This document shows positions 52,453 through 62,143 of a DNA stretch of 64,000 nt, piece by piece. A model generated the notes under the pieces. It did no database searches and was not told the origin of the DNA. It saw nothing but the letters and a program-made list of their open reading frames with translations. The stretch comes from Selaginella moellendorffii. Its lineage: Eukaryota > Plantae > Lycopodiophyta. The stretch's first letter is position 1; every line of letters starts with the position of its first letter. Location of the stretch: positions 635,587 to 699,586 of the forward strand of contig NW_003314304.1 of assembly GCF_000143415.4 (NCBI RefSeq). Direction: 5' to 3'. A program made the position numbers and the translations under genes.

Positions 52453-52890
52453 CTAGCTACAAAACCTCCCCTCTAGGTCCCAAAATCTTGGCCAGCAGCG
52501 AATATGCCATGGAAGTTTGCGGTTCGATTTCCATGACGCGCTGCGCCACGCCGCGCCTCTCTCCATGTCGCAAGCAACCGTACAGCTCCCCAAGAGCGTA
52601 CGGTACTCGACGATCCCCGGCTCGAATCCCATCCCCTTGTCCACCAATTCCTCTGCCTCCTCGAGCCGCCCGGATCGCCCAAGAACATCCACAATCGAGC
52701 AGTGGTGATCGGGCGTGATCTTGACGCCGAATTCGAGCACGATTGATGCGCAAGCGTCCCAGATACTTCACTCTCGATCGCAACCACCGCCGTGACTGCA
52801 CAGGAAGAGCATGTTGGTGAATGTGACATCGTTGGGTCTCACTCCCTCGAGGATCATGGCGGGGCCGGAGCTCCAATCGCCATGCTTGGC
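52453..52890 (-). pseudogene. PPR C-terminal (E-region) fragment
   Basis: HHCSIVDVLGRSGRLEEAEELV..YRTLLGSC, frameshifted. Confidence 0.8.
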
Positions 52891-53102
52891 CTGCTCTTAG
52901 AAGAGAACCCTTTCTTAAAGCTATTGGTTTGAGTTTGAGCTACGATGAAAACAAGGCAAAGGTGGGTATGAGATGATTGAAGACAAGGATGCAGTGGATT
53001 TTTTGCGATGTGTGTGAGTAAATTCTTTTGCCAAACTTGTATTGGCCCTTATCACAAAAGCACGATGATGAAAGCGACTTATTTTGGTATGATTGGCAGC
53101 AA

Positions 53103-53363
53103 CTAACAAGGCAAGCATTTCCTCCCCAGTCCATAGCCCAGCGCAATGGCAACAGCTCCAAGACCAATGGCAAGTCCAACGCCGATGCATGCCAGCCCAT
53201 CCCGCGCAGCTCCTCGCCCGTCGACAGAACTGCCCAGTGACTTCCCTCCAGCAGAAAGAGCTTCTTTTGCTTCCACATTCTTCGGAGCGCTCTTGAGAAG
53301 AAGCATGCTGTAGCCCGCAATGATCGTGGCCCCAATGCTGATCACAACTTGCCAGGAACACAT
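53103..53363 (-). CDS. Gly-rich hydrophobic protein (copy 3)
   Basis: Paralogue of 35955-36203. Its 3' end abuts a fragment of the Cys-rich peptide gene. Confidence 0.5.
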   Translation of the reverse strand: MCSWQVVISIGATIIAGYSMLLLKSAPKNVEAKEALSAGGKSLGSSVDGRGAARDGLACIGVGLAIGLGAVAIALGYGLGRKCLPC

Positions 53364-53474
53364 TGTGAAAACCCTAAAATTGTCTTGCCAACTTCTTCGC
53401 ACGTCAACCCAGGGAAACCTTAGAGCTTAGTATTAAAACTATTTTCAACCGATTTTGACATATAGCTAGGGTTG

Positions 53475-54787
53475 ATGGCGAGAAGGATCCTGCAGTGCGC
53501 TGCCAAAGCTGAGAACCTGTTCTACAACAGAAAGAAGGAGCTTGATGATCTCACTAAGCTGTGCAAGACCGGTAGTATGGTGCTGATCACTGGTCCACAG
53601 GACTCAGGAAGTCTGCTTTCCTGTCAGAGTTTGCGAGGAGGCAGGAGATAAGTGGCCAAGGCCACCCTATCTACCTCAACATGAGGGCAGGAACATTCAG
53701 CACTGCAGCCAACTTTGCAAAGGAGCTCAAGTCTCAGCTGAATCCCTTTCTGGCAGCAGCGGCTGAGTATGCCAAGACCATCCCAACGGTGGACAATGTT
53801 GCAGCCTCTGCAGGTGGGCTAAGCGAACACATTCAAGCTGTGGAGCGCACTCCGGATACAGATTTCCAGGCTTTATTGAAAAGCATCTGCGGCCTTCTAT
53901 TCTCTTGGAGACGTTTAGCATCTCGCAAAGACGCAGCCCTCCCGACCTTGATCATTGACGAGGCACACAGACTCCTCGAGTGGAGCCTTGCACCGAAGGA
54001 GCAACAACACCTAAGGACCTTGGTGGCTTATTTCATCATGGTTACCAAAGAGCGCCAGGAGGCCAATGTGATTCTCTGCACCTCAGAAGACTTCTTCAGA
54101 TTCTGGCTTCACTTGCATGTTGGCCCCAAGAGGTACCAGCCGCGGATGGTCAGTGACCTTACTGAGGAGCAGGCTCGGGAATTTTTCCTGATGGCATTAC
54201 TTGACGGCTGGGTTGCCGATGGATACAAGTTTCCAGAGGATTTGTGGAAGGAGATTTTTTCTTTCGTTGGTGGAAGAACGTTGCTCTTAAGTCGCCTGGC
54301 GCTGAATCTGAGTTCGTATCTGGAGGACGAGTCTCTCTTACGAAAAGCATGGGCGTCCCAGTGCAAGATACTGGTGGACGCAACTCGCCAAATAGTTGAA
54401 ATGGGCTTCGGACCTATGGACTTTCAAGGCAACTTGGACAGCGATAGACCGTGCTGGAACGTCGAAGACTACGAAGCAGTGTTGAGGGAACTGACACGGG
54501 CTGAGGGTGGTGTCGTCTCTGTGCAGTACCTCATGGGCTACAAAATAATTTCCAAGGCGGCTCTCCACAGCTTGGTACAGCACAACTTCCTGCACTATCG
54601 TTCTTTCTTGTGTCTGTGGGCGGACGACTTGGCATGGTACAAAGGAAAGTGGCCTATTGTCATGGCCCCGTCCCTTCCGCGTTTCCATGCGATGGCGTCA
54701 ATCATAGAGGTAAGATGCTGCTTTTTTAGCTTTCCTACGACATAACAATGTGTGTCTACACAGGAACGTGCTAAATGTGCTACGTAA
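53475..54787 (+). pseudogene. P-loop ATPase copy 2 (1-bp deletion in Walker A; otherwise open, intron ~54710-54763)
   Basis: Restoring one base gives GPQDSGKSAFL..IYLNMR, continuous with the 354-aa ORF at 53681. Confidence 0.75.
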
Positions 54788-55287
54788 CAGGTATTCCAAA
54801 TTACTTCCATATCAAGTTTTCTGATTCTAATCACAGAAGTATTTCTTTCTATTTCATTTTATGTTAAACACTTGTTTATGAATGAGGTTTAAGCTAGATT
54901 TAGCAGAGCAGGGGGAAACGTTACCATCCCGTTCGCTCCTTTGAAGGGAGGTTTCCAGTGACAGTATGGAGGCTTTCTGCCAAGGAACGTCCAAGATTTT
55001 GTTCTGGCCAAAGTTTGGCGTTGTCCATTCCTATATTAAGATCAATAATTCTGTGCTAGAATGATCATATTTTAAAATCTCAAGAGTTTTGAAAAATGGA
55101 AATCGACATCCCAAGCAATGTTTCCTACCAGAACTTGTTAGCTCCAGCGAATCCAGCCTTCTTTGTAGCATAACTGATATTTGAGATAATGCAATAAGGA
55201 TGAGTCCATTTGCAAGATGGCATCTGGAGAAAATGGCCTTGTTGAATTTATTGTTGGCTCACCTTGTCTTTCAGTCATATCCAAAAG

Positions 55288-55323
55288 GTGGCTAAGACCT
55301 GGGCTCGAATCCCAGCAGCCACA
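55288..55323 (+). pseudogene. tRNA-His remnant lacking the D and anticodon arms
   Basis: gtggct-aagacctgggctcgaatcccagcagccaca. Confidence 0.8.
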
Positions 55324-55336
55324 GTCCTTTTGACTA

Positions 55337-57526
55337 ATGTTGACTAGGAATCATTGGCTTCAGTTGATACAGTCATGCAGCTCGCTATCCGATGCCAGAC
55401 AGATCTATTCAAGCCTACCACCAAAGTCTCTCACCTCTGATACTTACTTGGCAAACAAGCTCATTGAAATGTATGGAAGATGTGGCAGCCATTATCATGC
55501 TCGGATAGTCTTTGATCAAATCCAGCCAAAAGATTCATTCAGCTGGGATTTGATGCTCACTGCTTACCTGCGAAATGGGAGCTTTGACGAGGCCAAGCGG
55601 TTCTTCAGCTCCATTCCTCACAAAACTGCTGTTGCAGGGACTGTGATGCTGAACGTACTTGCCGAAAACGGGGATCTCCCGCAGGCTAAAGAGATTTTTG
55701 ATCGTATGCCCGAGAGAGATGTGGTTTCGTCTAGTGCTATGCTCGCCGCATACATAGAAAACGGTTTTCTTGAAGAGTGCGAGATAGTTTTTAACCAAAT
55801 GCCGATCCTTGATATTGCATGTTGGAACTTAATGGTTACAGCATATGCCCGAACAGGGCATGTTAACGAGGCTAAGCTGGTGTTTGCAAAGATGCCTGAG
55901 AAGAATCTCGTCTCTTGGACAGCCATGTTATCGGCTTTCTCTCAAGGTGGTTTTGTCACAGAGGCTTGGGAGACATTCCTCGCGATACCAGCCACGGATT
56001 TGGGTGCCTGGAACGCCATTCTAAATGCGTTTGCGCAGCAGAAGGGAAACTTCTTTCTACAACAGGCTGAGACTTTGTTTGATGAGATTCCTGAGAGGAA
56101 CCTGGTCTCGTGGACTGCAATGTTTTCTGTCTACGTAACAAACGGGATGATTAGAAAAGCCAAGGAGATATTTGATGGAATGCCGCAACAAGATCTCATC
56201 TCCTGGACTTCAATGCTCACGGCTTATGCCCAACTTGGGCATGTTGAGAAGGCAAAAGAGATATTTGATAGAATGCCTCAATGGAGCGTTGTTGCTTGGA
56301 CAGTCATGATTCATGCTTATGGCGAGTGCGACCTTGTCAACCAGGCAAAAGAGCTCTTTGACACAATGCCGGAAAACAACATTGTTTCGTGGAATGGAAT
56401 CCTGTCTCTCTATGCCCGGAACGGATATATGAAAGAAAGCCTTGAAATTTTCCATGGAATGCCTGCTTGGGACGTGATTTCCTGGACAACCATGCTACTC
56501 ATGCAATGGCAAAGTGGGCGTATCAAAGAGGCCGAAAAGTTGTTTGAAAGAATGCCCCAGCGAAACCTGGCAGCTTGGAACGCGATGATTTTTGGGTATG
56601 CCCAGGCTGGTCAACTGGACGAAGCGAAGAAAGCTTTCAACGCGATGCCTCGTCGAGACATGGCCTCGTTCAACGCAATGCTAAGTGCCTACACCCACAA
56701 CGATAAGAATACGAGAATGTTGGATTTAGCAAAGGTTCTGATTGATGAAATGCCACAACAAGACCTGGGCTGTAAAAATTCAATGCTTAGATTGCTTTCT
56801 CAGTTTGGCTATGTTGATGAAGCTCAAAATATGTTTAATTGTATGCCAGAAAGGGACATTGCTTCTTGGAATACAATTTTATCCGCATATGCGCAAGAGT
56901 GGCACATTTCTAAAATCAAACTTGTGTTTTATCGATTGATGCCTCAAAGAGACTCAGTATCCTGGAACACAATGCTCACTGCCACTGCAAGAAGCTGTGG
57001 ACATGAGGCAGTTGCAAAAGAATTCCGTTTAATTCCAGAAAGAGATCTTATAAGTTGGAAGATTTTGCTGGCTGCTCATGTGCAAGAGCAAAACTTCTCT
57101 GGAGCTTTTAATACTGCTTACGATTTGAGTTTGACAGGCTTACCAGATTCAACATGTTTTGTGTCAATTTTATTCGCATGCAATCACAGTGGAAGTGTTG
57201 CTGCTGCCAAGTCATGGTTTGGCTCTTTAGTCTGGGAGTTTATGTTGAATCCGTCAAAGCAGCATTACTGTTGCATGGTTGACATTCTAGCCAGAGCTGG
57301 GCACTTGAGCGATGCAAAAGAACTAATTTGCAGCATGCCTTACGTCCCAGATGCTGCAGAGTGGACATGCCTGTTGCGAGCCTGTGTGAGCCAAAACAAG
57401 CTTGAGCTTGGAAGTGAGGCTGCAAGAATGTTGTTCGAGCTAGAACCAAGAAACAAAACCCTTTTTGTTACAGCTTCAAACTTGAATATGTTTTCTGCAC
57501 AAACAAAAAATTTGCTGAAAATTTAA
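55337..57526 (+). CDS. PLS-class PPR protein with E domain, no DYW
   Basis: Intronless 729-aa ORF with ~31-aa repeats and HYCCMVDILARAG..MPYVPD. Confidence 0.93.
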   Translation: MLTRNHWLQLIQSCSSLSDARQIYSSLPPKSLTSDTYLANKLIEMYGRCGSHYHARIVFDQIQPKDSFSWDLMLTAYLRNGSFDEAKRFFSSIPHKTAVAGTVMLNVLAENGDLPQAKEIFDRMPERDVVSSSAMLAAYIENGFLEECEIVFNQMPILDIACWNLMVTAYARTGHVNEAKLVFAKMPEKNLVSWTAMLSAFSQGGFVTEAWETFLAIPATDLGAWNAILNAFAQQKGNFFLQQAETLFDEIPERNLVSWTAMFSVYVTNGMIRKAKEIFDGMPQQDLISWTSMLTAYAQLGHVEKAKEIFDRMPQWSVVAWTVMIHAYGECDLVNQAKELFDTMPENNIVSWNGILSLYARNGYMKESLEIFHGMPAWDVISWTTMLLMQWQSGRIKEAEKLFERMPQRNLAAWNAMIFGYAQAGQLDEAKKAFNAMPRRDMASFNAMLSAYTHNDKNTRMLDLAKVLIDEMPQQDLGCKNSMLRLLSQFGYVDEAQNMFNCMPERDIASWNTILSAYAQEWHISKIKLVFYRLMPQRDSVSWNTMLTATARSCGHEAVAKEFRLIPERDLISWKILLAAHVQEQNFSGAFNTAYDLSLTGLPDSTCFVSILFACNHSGSVAAAKSWFGSLVWEFMLNPSKQHYCCMVDILARAGHLSDAKELICSMPYVPDAAEWTCLLRACVSQNKLELGSEAARMLFELEPRNKTLFVTASNLNMFSAQTKNLLKI

Positions 57527-57562
57527 ACTTTTATCAATTATTGTATAGATAAATTTCACTTT

Positions 57563-57850
57563 CTAATGTTTACAGAATGTAGATTTACACTCTTTCACAA
57601 CTTGCATGAAAGAGGGTAGTTTGTATTGGCCCTTGTCACAAAAGCACGATGATGAAAGCGAGTTACTTTGGTATGATTGACAGCAACTAACAAGGCAAGC
57701 AGATCCTGGAGTGCTACAAACCTTTATGCAATTGGACACTTTGTTTGCATGGCTGATGCAAGAAGGATTTTTCTCCGCTGGAACCATTCCTTGTGTTTGA
57801 TCGGGAGAAAACACTAGCAAGCTTGCTAACACCAAGATCACAATCTTCAT
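57563..57850 (-). CDS. Small secreted Cys-rich protein (nsLTP/prolamin-like CC..CxC pattern, 10 Cys)
   Basis: MKIVILVLASLLVFS signal peptide followed by a C,C,C,C,CC,CxC,C,C pattern. Confidence 0.7.
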   Translation of the reverse strand: MKIVILVLASLLVFSPDQTQGMVPAEKNPSCISHANKVSNCIKVCSTPGSACLVSCCQSYQSNSLSSSCFCDKGQYKLPSFMQVVKECKSTFCKH

Positions 57851-59087
57851 CTCTAGCCTCTCTCTCAATTGAAACATCTTTGAGTTTCCAATATTTATCA
57901 ATGAAATGGCTTTGGATGCTCCGATCACATTTTGTTTTTTTATTTATATCACATTGAGAATGCAGGTAATGACAAATTCACAAAGAACAGTTCTTATGTA
58001 TGACTACAATTATAGGTAGTCATATTTCTACAATTACGTGCACGCGTGTTCCGTCATTTCCTGAAACACGAGTCTTGCTTAGTCTACGTTTCCACAAGAC
58101 TATGTCTCACTATGAAATTAAAGAAAAGTTTGCCCGTCTCAGGATGCCCCCTTTGGGTATCCACTGCAAACATGATATCCGAACATTATGAAATCCGAAG
58201 GCTGCCGCGCCTTTGCGATCGATCTACACGCCCCATTGACGATCGAATTGGACAGCAATCAGCTTTGTGAGTGAGGGGACCCAAGAATTGAATTCGCTTG
58301 ACATTTGCAGATCCCTCTCAGATAGGCGAGGTATGAAACCTCACCACACACTCCGCCCAGGATTCTCGTATCAGTACTACTTACTAGTGACAGAAAAATC
58401 ACGTTTTTGACAATATCATCCATGGGTTACACTGTCTCCCTCTGGCAATTCAAAGCAGTGCAAACAAAAACCGAAGGTGGTGGTGCCCCCAGACACTGAC
58501 ACCCGAGCTACGCCAATGGCTGTGTTCTAGTTTAACTTGCCTGGAATGAGGAACACAGCGAATCCCAAAGACAAAATCCATTGAATTGTTGCGCAATGTT
58601 TGAGGCAACTACTTCTCAAAACCATGGAAATATTTAAACAACACAAACAGATACTTTGTCTAAACCATGGAAAGACTACCAACAAATATTTGTCTAAACC
58701 ATGGACCATTAAAAGGTCACAAACAGAAATGTGGCGCACATGGTCCTTAGTGGCGGGCGCGGGAGTTTTGGCCGTTAGCGAATTTGGGCACATGGCCACA
58801 AATGTGGATGGGCCGGTACCGGTGCTACGTGGCACCAATAATGGACTTCGGTAGATAAGAGCCAGCGTGGTTTTGTGGTCTCGCAATTTTCCACGTGTGC
58901 ATGCGACAAAGGAAATTGTCCTTGCAATTGGGAAGACGCCATTAAAAGTTTTTAGGTATACAGAAAGGTGTGGTGTGGTCAAAAGAAGAGTACTTCTTTG
59001 TGGTCGCCATAGCCACGGAGCTCTTCCTTCTTCTTCCTCTCCATTCTTTCTTGTGGTGTGGATCCTTTGATTCATCTTTGCGGAGAG

Positions 59088-60155
59088 ATGAGCGCTGGAG
59101 TGGGAATTCCTGGTCCCTGGAGCTTGGAATCGCAGCCCATTAGCTCCGGGTTCTTGGCGGTGCCTGGGAATCGCGGTGCCCGATTCGACGCGCGAGTCGA
59201 GAGGTCGAGACATTACGACATTCCATCGAGCGACAGCGAGAGCGATGACGATCTGGACGACATTGGCGATGATTTCCTGGACGAGTCCGGGGATTTCATC
59301 GCGGATCATGGATCGGGCGCGGGGATCGAGAGCTGCGGGACTAACATCTCATCGCCCATTGAGATTTGCCCCAAGACCGAGAGCGCGACGAGGATCCTCC
59401 GCCAGAAATCCCGGCGATGCGCGGCGGAGCAGTCGCGGGAGGAGGCCTGGGAGCGGCGCCGCTTGATCGAGGAGCTCAAGTCCTCGTCATCGGAGCACTC
59501 GAGCAAGCTCATCGCGCGCTCCAATTCCGACTGTGGGCCGCAGCAGCCATCGCTCCACAGCGATGAGGATCTGGGCGATTGCCCGCGATCGAGGAGCCTG
59601 ACCGAGGAGGATTTCGAGGAGCTGCGCGGCTGCATTGATCTGGGCTTCCGATTCAATGCCGAGAAGGAAGACCCAGTGCTGTGTAACACTCTCCCCGCGC
59701 TCGAGGTGTGCTACGCCGCCAATCGGCAGCTCCAGGATCTACACTCGCCCTCTGGATCGAGCGATTCGTGTTCGTCTTGGCAGGTCGCTAGCCCAGGTAC
59801 GAGAATTTCTTTCTTTCTTTCTAGTTCCTCCTTGGCAGCGTAATTTAGGGTTCTTCGTGAGCTAACCACAAGAACGATGGAGAAGAAGCTCTGTTTTTCT
59901 CTTGTTTCTCTTTAGCTTTTCTTTGCAGAGCTCTAAAAGCCAGGCCTAGCAATCGCTCCTCTTCTCTAGAGGTGTGGTATCACTAAATTTTCCCAGGCAG
60001 CATTGATTCGTACTAGGATCGTTGATCGATTGTCTCGAGAAAACACTCACAAGTTCTGTCTTTTTGTTCTTGCAGGAGAGGAGCTCCAACAAGTGAAAGA
60101 GAAGCTCAAGCATTGGGCTCGTGCTGTGGCTTGCATTTCCAGGCAATCGCGCTAG
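59088..60155 (+). CDS. DUF1685 family protein (intron 59797-60075)
   Basis: RSLTEEDFEELRGCIDLGFRF..LCNTLPALE, and exon 2 GEELQQVKEKLKHWARAVAC. Confidence 0.9.
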
Positions 60156-60265
60156 CTGCTAGCTACCGAGATTTTCATAACGACACCAAAATTTTGGTAG
60201 CTATCTCCAAACAATGTGATATACCTCCACCAAGAACCCTAAAATCAATAACAAAGCTGTATAGA

Positions 60266-60655
60266 ATGTTCTTCGCGCGATCGCTCGCAGCGCTCTTCAA
60301 TCCAATCCACGCCAACGCCGCCGTCACGATCGCCGGATCGCGCGTCCTCACCGAGATCCTCCGCGAATTCCAGGTCCTGTCGAGCGAGGCGCTGTGGAAG
60401 CACGCCTCCGCGTGGGGGATCTCGAGCGTGGAGCGCATGGAGCTGGTGATCCAGTGGATGGCCGAGAGGGGCCAGATCCGCATTGTCCCGGCCAGCGATT
60501 TGGGGCTCCCGGGCGTGTCCAAGCTCCATATGCTTCCGGATGCGCCGTTCTCGCGGTGGAAGAGCGAGGATTCTCCCGGCGATTGCGCGCAGAGGAGGCA
60601 GATCAGGAAGCAGAAGAAGAGGAGTGGCGTGCCCAGGATCTTCTGGGATGTGTAG
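60266..60655 (+). CDS. Putative mitochondrial protein, divergent mL80-like paralogue
   Basis: Transit-like start MFFARSLAALF. SRVLTEILRE..W..S..RM..VIQWM aligns by eye with the next ORF. Confidence 0.55.
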   Translation: MFFARSLAALFNPIHANAAVTIAGSRVLTEILREFQVLSSEALWKHASAWGISSVERMELVIQWMAERGQIRIVPASDLGLPGVSKLHMLPDAPFSRWKSEDSPGDCAQRRQIRKQKKRSGVPRIFWDV

Positions 60656-60739
60656 AGCAGATCCTCGAGTTTAGGGTTCTTGAGGATTTGGGGATTTTAG
60701 GGTTCTTGAGATTTAGGGTTCTTGGGAGAGGACGAGAGA

Positions 60740-61153
60740 ATGCTGTTCCCATCGACTGCCCGGCGGATGCGGCATTTCCGTCCGCGGGTAGCGCTGGGCG
60801 ACACGGAGACTTTTACGCGGCTGGTGACTGACATCCTGCGCGAGCACGAGATGGTGACGGTGGACGAGTGCTGGGGGCATTTGCAGGAGCGAGTAGAGCA
60901 CGGGGAGCTCAAGAGCAAGCGCCACATGAGGCGGCTGCTGCAGTGGATGGGCGATATGCAGATTCTGCGCAGGGAGAGCGTTCGATCGGGCGGCCCGCCC
61001 GTGCTGCTGCTGTGGGATGCGCCGCCAATCCACAAGGAGCGGCAGCCGGATCCAGATCTGTCGCGAGAGCAGCGCGGTAGCCGGTCTCGCGAGTGGCTCT
61101 GGAAGCCCAGGAAGATCACGCTGTGGGGGGATAAGAAGCTGGATTGGATCTAG
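60740..61153 (+). CDS. Putative mitochondrial protein resembling plant mitoribosomal mL80
   Basis: TETFTRLVTDILREH..TVDECW..LKSKRHMRRLLQWM recalls the plant mL80 motif (from memory). The N-terminus is Arg-rich. Confidence 0.6.
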   Translation: MLFPSTARRMRHFRPRVALGDTETFTRLVTDILREHEMVTVDECWGHLQERVEHGELKSKRHMRRLLQWMGDMQILRRESVRSGGPPVLLLWDAPPIHKERQPDPDLSREQRGSRSREWLWKPRKITLWGDKKLDWI

Positions 61154-62143
61154 CCTGTAGCGATCGAGTTCTTGCGTGGAGGAAGTTATTTTGGATTTTT
61201 TCTTTCCTTGTCCGCTGTTGCTTGAAGAAGTCGCCCAGTCTGGCTGCTTCTGGCAAGTTTGTCAACAACAGACAGGCACAGGACGACAAGTTGGCACCAT
61301 CGAATTTAATAGCCTCGCCACTGCCAGTGAGATAAATCTCTCTTCCGCGAGCCTGGGAGTGAAAGACTGGCCGCTGGGACTGTGCTACCCTGTGCTCGCT
61401 CGGACGACACAGAGAGCTTGTCACTTTTGACGACTAGAATGAAGATCATAGCTTTCTTCGATCGATGTTTACGGTGGATTAGCTTTGATCACGGAACAAG
61501 TGGCTCGTCAACCAGGTTTGTTGGTTTTGTCTGTATCGATTAGTTTCATCGCTTTTTCTTTCTTGTTTCTTCTCAGGCTCGATGGATTGAGTTTGAGGCG
61601 ACTAGACAAGGTCATAGCCAGATGCTTCTGGAAAGAGCCAATTGGTATTATAACATATATTTTATGGTTTCCTTCCATTGGATCACTTTTCTGTCTCGAT
61701 AGATTCTACGCGTGCTGAGTCCTTTCAACTTTCACATATCATTTCCTGAGATCATCGGCAGGTACGAAATTATCCGAACAGTAGAAGCGGAGATCAAGGT
61801 TTTGATTGTTGGACAATGCAGGAAGGGAAAAGTGTGAAACGAGGAAGTGTCTTTACGACCTTAACACGGAATCGTGACGCAAGTGAAAAGCTTTACAGCA
61901 GTCAAGCACTGCTCAAACAAGTTGAGCTTTAAGGTCTCGTCTTAATCTAGGACACGTTTCTTCATTTTCAACTTTTCTTTTTCTCACAGGTCAAGAACTG
62001 AAGCTGCCACCTCCGAAATTCTGTTAGATCAGAATCAAAGTAGCTGACCAGAACGACAATGATGTTCTTCACGTAAGCGTCAGCGTTGTTATGTTAGAAC
62101 TCTTTTCTGATTTTAATCTCTGGACATAGGCAAAATCGATGCT

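Noticed and set aside
58527-59309. 260-aa minus-strand ORF
   Set aside because: Overlaps the DUF1685 gene and its promoter antisense, with no recognisable domain.
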